Of a stretch of 64,000 nucleotides of DNA, positions 13,228-26,885 are shown piece after piece. Each line of letters begins with the position of its first letter. The first letter of the stretch is position 1. Source of the stretch: Callorhinchus milii. Taxonomy: Eukaryota. Made by a program: the position numbers and the translations under genes. Location of the stretch: NCBI RefSeq assembly GCF_018977255.1, contig NW_024704742.1, forward strand, positions 47,990,001-48,054,000, written 5' to 3'. The notes beneath the pieces are model-generated. The model ran no database searches. It had not been told where the DNA came from and saw only the letters and a list, made by a program, of their open reading frames with translations.

Positions 13228-14070
13228 CTGTAGAGAAGTATACATAATTATGTTTTTCATACTTTAAAACCATCTTGTCACATGCAGCAAAATTCCCAGC
13301 AACATTTTAACTGCCTTATCCATTTGAAATTTAAATCCTAGAAAAATAACATTTGGGATAAGATAGCATTTTTTCCTAAAGAAATGTTATATTTGACATA
13401 GAGGTATTACAAACTGACAAATAAAGATCTGATTACCCACCAGTCATGGCCAGCTTTATTTATTTGATTACTCGATCAACAAACGGGAGAAAACATGAGT
13501 GATGCTGTCCCTTCAAATGATTTGACACTATATGTCAACTGTCTTTGTAAAATGTTTTTATACCGTTCAGAAGTGGACCTCACTTGGATCACGGGTAATA
13601 GGATAGGTGAACACTCAAAATAATAAGCTCCAAAGTGCACTTAGGTCAAAAATAGATAAGTAGCAGGAAGTTCGTTTGTGCATGATGAATCGATTATTCA
13701 CTTCAAAGATGTTGTGGGACATTGCTGCATACAAATTGCTGCCACCGTCACCTATAATTATCGGCATCGCACTCTACAAAGGAATCCTGTGAAGTACTTT
13801 GAGACTCCTCGACGATGTGGTAAGGTGCTATAACAAATGTGAGGATTTATTATTATGAACTGCATTCAGACACCGAAAACTATTCTTTGGCTGTCTAATA
13901 CTTTTGATCAGTCAAAATTCCACATAAACTAAATTATATAAATCTGCATAAATATGGAAGCAGTCACCTCAATAAGTTGTTAGGGTCAGGTTGGAGCTCA
14001 ACTGATCATTTTCGTAATCTGCCAAATCAAGGCAATAGTGCTCACTTAAAGTTGCAAGTTACTTCACATT

Positions 14071-14388
14071 AATAATAATAATCCTTGCATTTGATATAGC
14101 GCTTTTCACGTCTTCTAGACGTCCCAAAGCGCTTCACAGAATATACTGTAAAGTGAATTTACTGTATATTTGTGGGCGAATGCTGCAGCCAATTGCGCAC
14201 AGCAATGTCCCACAAACAGTCGTAGATTGAAAATGACCAATTTATTATTGTTTTTTGTTTTGGAGGGATTATTATTAGGCTCTGTGTGGAGTAAGGAAAC
14301 TTGCCCAAGGTTTCGCTCTGCCTGGAATTGAACTCAGGTCTCTCACTTGTAAAGCGAGTGCTCTAACCACTGAGCTACAGGACTCCAC
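14071..14388 (-). mobile_element. tRNA-SINE monomer, same family
   Basis: Head GTGGAGTCCTGTAGCTCAGTGG through (ATT)n tail. Confidence 0.88.
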
Positions 14389-14803
14389 GTTGCTTCAACA
14401 AAGATAAACCTTGTCTAAATTATAACCCTAAATGAACAAAAAAAACCTAGATAAACAAAACTGGTCATGAATTTACACAAGATAATGGATGAGGGTTCTA
14501 TTCAGATGTTAAAAAAGTCAGAATGTGGCAAGAAGTTATTCAGCACCAGATTCAAATGCCCGTTAACTGTAACCCAGACACCTTTCAGCACCAAGAGACA
14601 GCAGCAGCAGGCAGGTTGTGACACTTGCCTCAACACACCAATGGGTTTTCTAGGCATGACCGTGAGACTAATGTACTAACCTTTCCTTTTAGTACAGTAC
14701 AAATTAAAAAATTACATTGCTTCTCTGTAAGGCATTGCTGACATCATCTGGAACAATGTACCCAGCTTTGGTCACTTAATCTTAGAAAGAATATAAAAGG
14801 AAT

Positions 14804-14896
14804 ATAGTAATACAGTAATTTTATATTCTTAAACAGAAGAATAGTAATACAGTAAACCTATATTCTTAGATAGAAGAATAGTAATACAGTAAACCT
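14804..14896. repeat. 37-bp tandem repeat, ~2.5 copies
   Basis: ATAGTAATACAGTAA at 14804, 14841, 14878. Confidence 0.9.
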
Positions 14897-16083
14897 CCGG
14901 CTCCAGGTATCCAGAGTTCGTACCTAACCAGACTGGGTTTGAAACCTAAAAGTTAAAAAAAACTTTGGTGGGCCTGCAGGTGTGTAACCTCCCGACTCCT
15001 AACTCTCCTAGTGTGTGCCAACGCCACCCTGAGTAGCCTCATCAGCCTTGCTGGACTTCACAGTGGATATTGAATTTGATTCCAATTGTTTGAATCCCAT
15101 GAGCAAAAAATAGATTATTTGCCATCTTCTACTCGCGGTCAAACAATTATATGCTGGAATCGGCTACCAGTGGTTTAAGTGTATTACTCTTGCCCTTTAA
15201 GTTTTAGAAATAATGAAAGAATTGCTGGGAGAAATTCCCTTCACTTTTCAAATGGTGTCAAGGGATCTTTAATTTCCACCTGAACTGGCAGATGGCATCT
15301 ACCCCAGTATTCCTCTGGAGCATCATCTCAGAATGTCAACTCAAGTTCAACAAGGAGTTTGAACCCCCAACCTTCTTACTCAAAGGAGGAGCGCAAGCAA
15401 ATGACTCAATTTGACACCCTATGCTCAGATCCCGAGATTATTATATCACACCTTACACCACTTTTCAACTATCTGACTCCTCTACCAAAATCTTAGCAAT
15501 TTCTCAATTTGGAGGGTTGCCATGAGATCTATATTTAGGTAATTCCATCTGTCAAAAAATCAAGTTATCTCATAAGAGTCCATTTGCGCAGCAGGACAAT
15601 ATTTTGCTGACGAGTCCCACTGAGATAGTCAGCAATGCAGCAAGGTTTCAGATGTTTTGCCAACAGTGCCAGATCTACAGAGTGTAAGATAAAGTACACA
15701 GGAGCAAGCTTAGTTTTAAAAAAATTGACATTTTTATAGTGTTTTATCACACTGAAGTGTCTCAAAGCTCTTCACAGGTAATTACTGTTGTGACTTGGTC
15801 AATGCAGCAGCCACTTGCAACAGCAAAGTACCCCAAACAACTGAACAACCAGATGACTACACCTCCAGTAGTAACTGTACTCCAGCACATGATAGAATCA
15901 TCAAAAACCAAGAGTAAAGAGGACATCAAATTGGTATAGATAGAACAGCAGCTTTTTGTCCTGTTTTTAACATTTGCAGAGCTTAACAACATTTTAACCA
16001 AAGGTATTGAATTTCCACTGAAAGTAAGCCATACAGGAAGCAAATAACACACCAACATCATTGACCAAGAAGCTGTCTCTTAC

Positions 16084-16199
16084 CGTCCTAGGAAACACTG
16101 CCAAAGAGGTCGGTTTTGTGTTGCAAGCTCTGAATCCTTTGCACCAAACAGCTTAGCCAAAAGTCGAACAACAGCCAGTCGCTCTTCTCCATCATTACT
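16084..16199 (-). CDS. PDS5A: PDS5A exon 9 (116 nt): [38 protein letters not shown](R)
   Basis: Manual translation; tcccag|AGT and CG|gtaaga. Confidence 0.97.
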
Positions 16200-16510
16200 C
16201 TGGGAAAACAAGCTGACATGAGCATACTACATTGAAGAATGGCTCACCTTCTGAGTACCAAAACATTACAAATATGACTTCAAAGAGACCTCAAGAAGCA
16301 CGGGAGGTTGAAGTTTGAAAAGAACAATCTCACTGTCATTCAATTGTGTGCTACAGGGCCACAAAGCTTCCCAGGAACCCAGTGACATGACTATGCTCTA
16401 TGCTATCCAGATGCCAACCTAAGGCAGTTCTGACCAATCACGATCATGGCACATAATTCATCAGCCAAATTCCTCAGCAATGAAAAAAAGTTACAACACT
16501 TAACTACAAT

Positions 16511-16548
16511 TCAAATACAACTAGTGAACTCAAATACAACTAGTGAAC
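16511..16548. repeat. Perfect 19-bp tandem duplication
   Basis: TCAAATACAACTAGTGAAC x2. Confidence 0.95.
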
Positions 16549-16614
16549 AACAGTGGGGTTGGTCGGTTTCCATTGTATACAAATGTTCATTTCTAAGAAT
16601 CCTAATTTAATACA

Positions 16615-17036
16615 CAACAACAACTCTCACTCATATAGCGCCCTCTACGCAGGGTAGCATCTCAGAGCGTTTAACAGTGGTGGAGCCTGACTCCGAGCTA
16701 GGGGAGGGGGTAGGTGGCTGTAAGCACAGTCGAAGAGGAAAGTTTCAGGCGGGACTTGAAAGAGAAAGGGGGAAAGGCAGAGGGATTGAGGGAAAGTGTT
16801 CCAGAGTTTTGGGGCGTAGTGGCTGAAAGCACGACCTTCCATGGTGGGGCGGAGAGTGCGAGGAATGAGCAGGAGGCTGGTGCCAGGCGAGCGGAGGCGC
16901 CGGGTAGTGGATTGGGGAGCAAGGACATCGGAGAGATAGGGAGATGCCAGGGAGTGAATGGATTTCAACACGAGTGTGAGGATCATGAAGTCAATCCATT
17001 CGGTGATGGGGTGTCAGTGGAGCCTGGCCAGAACTG
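16615..17036 (-). mobile_element. L2 LINE 3' fragment
   Basis: ORF 16645..16986 SPYLSDVL, GRAFSHYAPKLWN. Confidence 0.85.
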
Positions 17037-18246
17037 ACGACATCCGCAATTCTTACCCATTATCTAACCAGGCATTCTCGTATAAATAAGCTTCGAGTAG
17101 GGAAGTGTTACCATGGTAAAAATGTCACTGAACTTGTGGTTTAAAAACTCATGAGGTCGAGGGAATGTTTTGTGGTAAGCAAACCTTTATTTTGCTGTAT
17201 TTTTACCTAAACACTCAACAATGTTTTTTTTTCTGTTTTTTTCCATTCTGCACAGCCTCTCTGTGTCATTTGCTTGCATAGCTCAGGGATCCCCACCTTC
17301 AATTAAATTCACTCCACTGGAAGCTGAGCCACCCAGCATTTATATTGGGAAGACAAGCGCTCTATTAAAACAAACATTGCTGGGCAGACTTTCTAAATTA
17401 TTTCTTCGCAGGCAAGTGGCTTAGAAACTGAATGGGGGCGACCAGCAATAGTCGGCAGCTGATTGCAGCGGGGAGTCTTGGCAAGCACATTTAGAATTCA
17501 TGGGTTGGGATTGGACCATGCAATTTTGGGGCTGGTGGAAAGGAAACGAAAAGTGATTCTGTTACTGCCTAAAAAAAAATGTCTGTTATAGGTGAAGAAA
17601 GAATATTGACCAGGAAACTGATCCAAAACTGCTGGACACCACAAAAGTGCATTATGGCAGAATATTTCAGCATTCTCTAGGCTCAATGTCTCTCAGGTGA
17701 ACCACATCAGGCCTGGCCAAAGCATCCATATCTAGCCTCAACAGGGGTGACCATCCCCACCCATCAGTAATATCATTGAGTTGCCTAGACTTCGAGGAGG
17801 CAGATCCAAGACAAATTGGAAAAATTAGGGCTTCTTACTATAGGTATAAAATGTATCTGGTACATATCTGCATGAGGGAGGGGAGCGGGAAAGTACTTTG
17901 TACAGAAAGCACCACCCTCAACTTTCCTTTGCCTATAAAATAATTATACAGAGAGCCACATAAAAACACCACCAACACCACCAAATTACATTTGTATAGC
18001 GCCTTTCACGTCGGGAGGACGTTCCAAGACGTCCCATACAAAATCCACCCACTTTCAACTTACAAGATCAGTTGTAAATTTAAACAAATGAAAACGAAAG
18101 CTAACTATCGTAACAGCTTCTTATATTCAAACAAACAGAATTTTAATAAATTGTTCCTACCAATTAATTAAATAAATTAAGCTTAGTTCTGAACTGAAGC
18201 TCAGGTATGCAGCATATACCTGTCGTTCCACAAGATCAAAACTTAC

Positions 18247-18387
18247 CTTGAGTTTAAACTCAAGTTGCGGCATAACTGAGAGCAGCAGATGAGGATCAAT
18301 AGCAAAAAGCTCCATAATCAGATCAAAGACATGTTCAGACAAATCGCTGACAGATGATTTCCCAAGCACCAGGACCTGATTGAAGAA
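18247..18387 (-). CDS. PDS5A: PDS5A exon 8 (141 nt): [47 protein letters not shown]
   Basis: Overlaps ORF 18157..18369; gactag|TTC and AAG|gtaagt. Confidence 0.97.
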
Positions 18388-19385
18388 CTAGTCAAAACAG
18401 AAGTAAGTCAGTTAACAATAAAAATGTAACGATAAAAATCAGAACAAAATGATTCTGCATTCAATAAAACAGCACACTGCTAGGCTATCTTTCCATTCCA
18501 AAAATATTTCTAAAGCAGTCAAAAATTTTGAAATACAATTTGAGGTCTACAGTTTACATCTATATTTAAGTGATTTACAGATGATATGATGGGAATAGTC
18601 ATAAAAGTAAAGAAGTCAGTTAATTAAAGCTCACTGTGGAACCCAGCAATACGTTATTTATAATTTTCTGAAAATTATTTGGAATTCTTTTCATGGGGTC
18701 TTTTTTAATGTTAGGCCAATCAAAAAAAAAATACACTTGCATCAAGGAATTAATAGCTTTGGATCTGTAATTTAAGTCAAGAATGTCAAAAAAAGAAAGT
18801 CAAGAAAAGCTTTTCCCCTTTGAATGCTCTCCTTCATATAAATCTCAGAAGTTTCTGGACGTAAAATAAATTATTTCCCAAACCTTATGCTTCTTACTCA
18901 AAACCTCAAATCTTTTTAATAATTAGTCAAGCGCATAAGTTGTATCCCAGAACTTTTACACCCTAGCAATACCATTCTTTTCAATCAGTTCTAAAGTTGG
19001 GTCTTCAATGGACACTACAACAGACGTTTAGTAAGAACTGGGTTAACTTGAGTAAAGGAAACGCAGCTTGAATAATTTGGTGGCATTTGATCAAATCATA
19101 TATGGAACATAGCTTGTTTGGAATTGCTTGATGCATTCCATAGTAACTTAAACATGCGAGGCCAAATGTTTTACATTTAACTTGCAGCGCAGTCCGAAAC
19201 GAAGAAATCCACTTTTGCATTTCCCTACAATACAAATTTACATTTATATAGAGCTTTTCACATTGTAAGGCCATCCCAAAGCGCTTAACCAACCTGGATG
19301 GGCATCCCATTCCTATATTACTTTAGAACGGTAGAATATAGATACAGATATTATGTCACTGCAGTACTGTTATTTTGATACTTAC

Positions 19386-19466
19386 ACTGGCAATACATGG
19401 TTCAATTGTCTGTGCTGTTCTCTTCAGCAGTACTTTAGCTAGATCATAAGCTTGTTTATTCATATT
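19386..19466 (-). CDS. PDS5A: PDS5A exon 7 (81 nt): [27 protein letters not shown]
   Basis: Manual translation; tttcag|AAT and AGT|gtaagt. Confidence 0.97.
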
Positions 19467-20337
19467 CTGAAACAAAAATAGTTGCCATGTTTTTTATTAC
19501 ATAGGTATCAGTTAATAAACTAATAATCCTTGCATTTGATATAGTAGCTTATTGTGTCTTCTGAATGAGGCTGCATTTGTTTACAAATACAGTCCACTAT
19601 ACTTGACAATAAAACACGTGAAGTGCTCAGTTGGGATCTTATGTCATACCTGATCTACCGTCTACATCAACAGGATATTAATGGTTTAAGGGTCCAAACA
19701 ACTATGTTATCTTTGGTGATGATTGTGGGGCTAGCAACAAAATAACTGAAGAAAGAGGTAAAGAAAAAGAACATTGAAAGCTTTAGAAATAAGGATTTAG
19801 CTGATATATTTAATACTTTTCTTAGTGCAAATGAACTGAATCAGTTTGTATGTTCCAACTGATGATAATGTATATGTAGTACACCTACAAGATGACAATG
19901 TTCTTGTTGCATATTAGCACACTGGAAATTGTTTGATGCTGTGGTTTGCTAAAGGAGCCCTGGATCATCTTCTCCATAGATTCAAAGGTTATTTATTGCC
20001 TCTTCAATGTGCGAGACAACAGCAGCTATCTTATATTTACAGGTAAAGTTGCTGAGATACATTTGTCATGCTCTGAAACCAAAAAAGGTTTTGCAATGTA
20101 AAGAGCAACAATATTTTTATTACATTTCATGCAACTTGGGGACCCAGGGACAATCTGTGCAGGCTGAAATGCATGTTTTCAGATGCTTTCCACCTGTCTG
20201 GCTGAGGCACATAGCCACTGATATGTTGAGCCCTCCATAGCAACAACTATTTCAATGGGAGTTGAAAAAATTATTTTTGCACACATATTTTAAAACATAT
20301 TAAGCACATTGAAATTGTTTTAAAGATGAAATCAAAC

Positions 20338-20464
20338 CTTGTGTGCAGGAATAAGGTTGATTAGAATGGAGTCCAGCAGGTCCTGAGTTACTCCATCTCC
20401 TTCCATGATGATAGAACTCATCAAGTCCAGCATGTGCATCTGAACCTTCTGATTATGGCTATTA
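20338..20464 (-). CDS. PDS5A: PDS5A exon 6 (127 nt): [42 protein letters not shown]
   Basis: Manual translation; tctcag|T and AAG|gtttga. Confidence 0.97.
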
Positions 20465-21292
20465 CTGAGATAAGAATAATTTGAAATGGTTAGTAATTAG
20501 ATTCATGGCAACTTCAATTCAATGTAGTAATCCTCTTTTCCAAATCAGGTTTCTCCTCTGCACACTACGGGTCTGGAAAAAGAACAGCACACTAGGGGAT
20601 TGGTAGAGCTGTTTTTTTTTGGTTCCCTGAAAATGTCTTTTGTTGGGAATAAGGTTTACAAACTTCAATAGGAAAATATTTTAAAAATTCCCAAGCACAC
20701 TACATGGTTGGTGGAGCTGATATTTTTGGGTTCCCCAACATTTTATTTTGTAGGGAATAGAGAATTAGTTTGCAAACTTCAAGAAGTAAATGTTCAAAAT
20801 GTTCCCAAGTATTGAAATGCATGCAATTTTTGCTTTTGAGGTGCCTTTCGTTAGAGTTACTAGGTGAAGAAAACAGCTGACTAGTTTTCCTACAACTTGC
20901 ATTTATACAGTGCCCTTCACGCAGAATAGAGTTTCGGAATCATTCATGGTCCTATCAACACATCGACAAAAGGCTACACATATGCCAGGGCAGCAGTAAT
21001 GTGTTGCTACTTATGGTAAACGGCAAAGTATCCAATAAAACTTGAAAATCATGGTTTGTAGACATTTTCAATTACCCTGTACAAAGCTCTGCTCCAGTTA
21101 GGCATCAAGGAAAGTGGAGGTTAAATTGTCTACCAAAAGTTACTATTTGTGGTTTCTGCTTTCAGACAGACAAAGGCAGATTATTCAACAATATTAGCAG
21201 CTTTTCTTTCTCTGAAATGAATGAGTTAAGTAAACCAGGGAACTGAAAGAGTAAATGTGTTTAATATTAACACAATAAATAAGGAATAAGAA

Positions 21293-21556
21293 GAATAATC
21301 CTTGCATTTGATATTGCATCCTATCAAGTCATTGAGATGTCTCAAAGTGCTTCACAGAATACCCTGTAAAGTGGATTGACTGTGTATTTTGTGAACGAAA
21401 CGCGCAGCCAATTGCGCCCAGCAGTGTACCATAAACTGTCATTGATTGAGCGACCATTTTTTTTACCCCTTAAAGTGATCTGCCAATCGCCTAACAACCG
21501 GGTTCCTCCTTCCTGCTAGGTAAACAAAGGTGTATGGGATAAGGAAAGTTGCCCAA
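21293..21556 (-). mobile_element. SINE, same family, long variant
   Basis: Shared body and tail plus extra GGTTGTTAGGCGATTGGC segment. Confidence 0.8.
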
Positions 21557-22285
21557 GAGAAGAGGATGAATTGAAAATGGACTAATAAACACCTTAGATT
21601 TTTTTTCTGTTTTTTTATTTACTTACGTAAATTCAGGTAGAACAAAACAAAGGGATGTACAAGAACAATTTACTCAGTCTGGCCTGTTCCATTTTCTAAA
21701 TATCATCAACCCAAGTCAGATCATCTCTCTCCCCTACCATATCCTCCTTGCAATCAAAAACCTATCTAATGTCTCTTTGAAACCGTCCACAATACTTGCC
21801 TTAATTTCCTCCTGGTCAAATTGTTGTACACATTCATTATTCTCTGCATAAACCATCTTAATTTCCATTTACCTTTCCCCTCTGAGCTTGAGATGACTTG
21901 TTATGGGCATTTCCAATGTATTAAACAGGCTACCAGAATTAGTTTATATCAGTTTTTCCCCGTAGGATTTGGAAAACCTGAATAAGATAATAGTAATCCT
22001 TGCATTTTGATAATGCGCCTTACCACGTCTCCAAGTGATGTTTTGACATTTCTGAAAAACGTAGGGCACTGATTTTGACTATGTGTCTAGTTTTATCCAA
22101 CCAATTTTTAACTACTGAATTGATCTTTAATTACAGCCATTGTTTACAATTGGTCATTTTGGAATTGACCTGCAATCACATCTTGTGAAGTGTAGATTGT
22201 GTAGGAATTAAAATTAAGGTGCAAGGCTAGGACAACACACCTACTTGATAACAATCGTTTATCTATCAAACTTAATATGGATTTC

Positions 22286-22325
22286 GGTTCTGATGAAGGG
22301 TCGTGGACCCGAAACGTTGACTCAC
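22286..22325 (+). ncRNA. Minimal type I hammerhead ribozyme motif in a Penelope-type pLTR fragment (~22283-22390)
   Basis: CTGATGA-A-GGGTC-GTG-GACCC-GAAAC-GTT. Confidence 0.65.
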
Positions 22326-23121
22326 TTTCCTTTCTCCATGGATGCTGCCTGACCTGCTGAGTTTTCCCAGCTCTCTCTCTTTTTGTTTAACATGGAATTT
22401 GCTTATCAAAAAAAAATTCACAGAAAAGCTTGGTTTGTGTGTGAGCAGGCATCAGATTGCATTCTTCAAACTCACTGGTAGAATACCAAAATTACAATTC
22501 TAACCACTAGCATAATGATATAATGAGCCCTGGATACAATATACAACAAGCTTTTTTTGAAATTAGGTTTGCTAAGCCACTTTGAATTCAGAACGCGAGC
22601 AGTTTGTTCTGTAATGCAATGACATAAATTTGAAGTGACTTGGAACACGAGCGGGACAAGCATACACTTAAAATCAGGAGGCTTCAAGCAGGACCAAAGA
22701 ATTGGAGTCCATTTCTTTCCTCTCTTTCCTTCTACCTCCTTAATTAATAGATATGTGGAACTCAACAAAAGCAGCAATGCAATAAACACGAAAAACTTCA
22801 AATACTGAATAAATATCTTAACATGTAAACCGAGACCAAGAAAAACAAACACTACTACTGAGTGTTGAAATGGATGTGGAGCGAATGAGGTCAGGATTAA
22901 ATAGTAGAGATGTAGGAATGAATATAATGCAGCACTTACGTCAAGAACTTTGGGGGTTTAGGGAGGAGAAGAGTAGGTATTAGATGACAATTGTTCAGAA
23001 AGGGAAAAGTGGGAAAAGGAAGCCAAGTGGAATGTCTCCAGAGGTCAAGCTTCCTTTCTTCTCACCCTTCTACCTCCCTGAAGAGCAGCCGGAGAGCACA
23101 CACAAGGGGAATGTTATTTTG

Positions 23122-23525
23122 TGTCAGCCTGGCACAACGGTGGCACCACTAGAGTCAGAAGGTTGTGGGTTCAAGCCCCACATTGGGACTTGGAATCAAA
23201 TTGCCTAAGATGACACTCCAATATAGTGCAGGGGGTTTGCTGCATTGTTGGAGATGTCGTCCTTCCGATGAGACTTTAAACTCGGGTCCCATCTGCCTCT
23301 TCAGGTGGACATTAAAGATCCCATGACACTATTTGAAAAGAGAAAGGAGTACTGGCCAACAATCCCCCAAATAAAATTGGTCACTTATTCCATGACTGTT
23401 TGTAGAGCACTGCTGTGTGCAAAACTGGCTTCTGAATTTCGCCCACAAAATAGACACTCCACTGTACAGTATTCTGTGAAGCGCTTTTACACATCTCGAC
23501 AATGTGATATGGCGCTATATCAAAC
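23122..23525 (+). mobile_element. Older Deu-domain tRNA-SINE (SacSINE1-like); related copies ~33560-33965(+), 15240-15420(-), 35950-36290(-), 40560-40700(+)
   Basis: GAGTCAGAAGGTTGTGGGTTCAAGCCCCAC head, AAAGATCCCATG.CACTATTTGAA core, L2-type tail; family name from memory. Confidence 0.7.
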
Positions 23526-23805
23526 ATTAAAAAAAATGTCTCTGATTCACCCTGGTTTCCAATGGCTGTTTGTAAGTGAAGTTGAACACATAAAGCTTAT
23601 TATTGCATCTAGCAATGTACCTGATCCAAGCTGAACTTCGGAGAACAGCAGGGCTAACAACTGCAACAATTCTATTGTACACAAAAAATTCACAGGGAAA
23701 CAAAAGCTAATAAATATTTCAAAATACCAGAACAATTTAACGAAACAAAGCTCAATTTAAAAGCATGAAACCGTGCACTGTGAACATAGTACTTAAATAT
23801 CTTAC

Positions 23806-23903
23806 TTAATGACCGAGAAGAGGGTTCTGAAGAGCTGTATGAAAATCTCATTACAATCTTCAAGCTCAAAACAGATGTTATAGGACTTCACCCATGCCAG
23901 GTT
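23806..23903 (-). CDS. PDS5A: PDS5A exon 5 (98 nt): [32 protein letters not shown](N)
   Basis: Manual translation; ccacag|AAC and AA|gtaaga. Confidence 0.97.
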
Positions 23904-26755
23904 CTGTGGAACATAATAAAATTATATTGTTTGTCATCATTATGAACTAAAAAAATCAATCTTTAGTACAAAATAGTTGAATAATGGACAACTAGCATTA
24001 ACTACAGATATCTATGTGCTCCCAAGTTAATATGTGGGTAGGTGAAACAAATTCAAGCAGTTCATCTCCTATCTCCTCTTGTGTAAAAACTAATTAGTGT
24101 CTGTAAGTTATTAGAATTTAAAATGTAATCTCCATAGAACCATAAACATTTACAGCACACCAATAGTCTATTCGGCCCATTTCACCTGTACTGGCTCTTT
24201 GAAATTCTATTCAGTCCCATGTGTCTGCCTTTTCTCCATACTCCTGCAAAGGAGATATTTTTAGATATCTATTTAGCTCCCTTTTGAAAGCGAATATAGA
24301 TTCTGCCTCAACCAATTCTCTCAGCAGTACATTTCACATCCTAACAACTCTGAAAAAAAATCCTCCTAATCTCCCACTTTGCTAATTATCTAACACTGTT
24401 GCCTCCAGTCATTCACTCACTGATGAGCAAAAATAATTTCTCCCCATTGACTATCAAAACCTTCATAAGTTTCAAGATCTTTTATCTGGTTTCCCTTCAT
24501 CTTCTCTATTCCAATGAAAATAGGCACAGTTCCTTCAGTCTCTGTTTAATGAGGACATTTAATTTCTTCACAATCACGTGCTGTACTTGAATCTGATTCA
24601 TGCTTCAAAGTTTAAAATGAGCTCTCAGATGTAAAACATCATGAAATCTTTGGGTTCTCTAAAACCCAGGAGAACCTCATGAGTAACTCTGATCATAAAC
24701 AGCAGCTCCAACTGTTATCAAAAAACACCTGTTACGAAAGCTTAGTGGATGTGACTTCTCTTTCAGATGATCAACCTACTATGCATTTGCAGTAGTTGTA
24801 ACAAAACCACAGCAACAGACTCTGCTGAACAGCACCAATTTTCTGATTAAATCTGATGCATCGTATCTTTTGATGAATATTAAGAAACCACTTTTACTAG
24901 AATTGGCTGACAAAAGAGCAGCAGGAAGATTGTTTTATGCCGAAAAGGAGTGCTTTTACATCTGACAGTTACGGCCCAGTTCAACAGAACCAATGGGAAG
25001 CATCTGGATCCTTGCCCTCACCCTCCTCACGGTCAACTTCCCATCCTACCTCTGGGTATGTTGAGCATCTTAAATTCTCCTCTCCAGCTCGGTCATTGGA
25101 TGTTTTTAATGCTGGGGCTCTGCTTTCAACTTTAGGCCATACAGCTTGTTCCCATCCTTCAATATTTCCTTAATATATACTTTTCATTCAAGTAGCCAAC
25201 TAATAACATGTAGAATGTTGCCTGCTTTCTGGCATATTTATAGGTCATACCCACACACAATTGTACAAATGTAATTTTGTATTGCTTTTTGGCATATTTA
25301 GCTTTTTTTGCATTTTAATAGTGGCTATCAGCTGCTGATAAGATTCTAGTCTCAGAACTGAGTCTATCTCCTTATTTTGGATGTGTTTTTCACTGTTTTT
25401 ATACTGTATTTGGAAATTAAAAATAACCAGTTTGATAAAAGAACAGATGAACCACAATAAACCACCTGCACAAGTAAAAGGAGGTTCTTTCATTTGCCGA
25501 GGTCCCTAACCGTCCTGCAAAACAATAATGCTTGCGTATGCCATTTGTTACTAAAATATTAAAAACATGATACCAGAACAGAACATAAAATTCCAGTTCA
25601 CAAGACAGTATGGGATGAAGAAGGCCTTTCGGCTTATTTGATCGCATCCTTCCAAAATACCCAAGCCAATGGCTTTCATGACAGCATCAAGCTGCTTCTT
25701 AAATGCGTACCAGCATTAACTTTCCTTCCTGGTAACCATTCCAGTCATTAATTATCCACTGCTTAAAGAAATACCTTATGTCCCTGTCTGGAAATTGCCG
25801 TTTTAGAATCCCGAATCTGTGCCATTTTGTTATGCTACCTTGGCTTACCTAAAGTATTCCGAGTTTACTTTGTCTTTACTAACTCTGACGCTGAAGAATC
25901 TCTTTTCAAGCCCCATCCAGTTAGAAAACTCATGTTTTGAACATTGGAGATCATCCTTGTTGGTCTTCCCTGTACCTCCTCTGGGGCCTGAACAGTCCCT
26001 TAAACTGTTGCAAGTAGAACTGTACTCCAACTGCAGCTTAACAACAGCACTAGCTGATTACAGTGTACTGCAATATAGGCTGAACATTTTAAGTACAAAT
26101 GTATCATTTTGTTTCCACAGATACTGAAAGAATAAAGTTACCCTACAAATCGATGTCTCTTAAATGAAAACCAAGACCCCAATAAATGTTGACAATTCAA
26201 GAAATGATTAGATTTGTGTCGTGGTAAAAATTAAACTGTTATGAAGATGCATGACTAGATTGAGTCTTCTCCAATTATGCAATTCTAGTTACCTAATCAT
26301 AGGAAGGAAATGTCAATAAAGGTGGGCCCGTTTGTTCTCTTTGACAGAGATTGAAATGACCTATTTAAAGTGTTCAAGATTATGAAGGGATTAGTAAAAC
26401 TGCTAGAGCTGCAGGCAAATTGTTTGCTCTGGGGAAGGCTCTCATTAAATACCAGTGGCAGAAATTAAAAGTAGCAGCATAATGTCAGACTTTTTTTAAA
26501 CAAACAATGGTCAACGGACATGTGGAATATGACGTGAATAGTATAAATGGGTTCAAAATAAAAATAGATTCTGGAGGAAGTTTGGGTTTTGGTGAGAAGG
26601 CAAGTAGAAACAAAAATAGTTGGGGCTTGTTGGATCTAATAACCTTTTAAAGATTTTAAAATGCTAACTTTTTTTTATTAGCAGAGGATCAATTACAAGG
26701 ACAATGGGTTTCATTTTAACACTCTTAACCCCGAAATCTTATCTCATAGGCTTAC

Positions 26756-26842
26756 CTCTAACAAATAAAAATATCTGTTGAACTGTGGACTTTTCGTATC
26801 TTCCAATCCCTTCAGCTGCCGTGTAATGAACATGAAAATGTC
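26756..26842 (-). CDS. PDS5A: PDS5A exon 4 (87 nt): [29 protein letters not shown]
   Basis: Manual translation; ccacag|GAC and GAG|gtaagc. Confidence 0.97.
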
Positions 26843-26885
26843 CTGTGGATAACACCAAAAATTTACCAATGGACAATTACAATTA

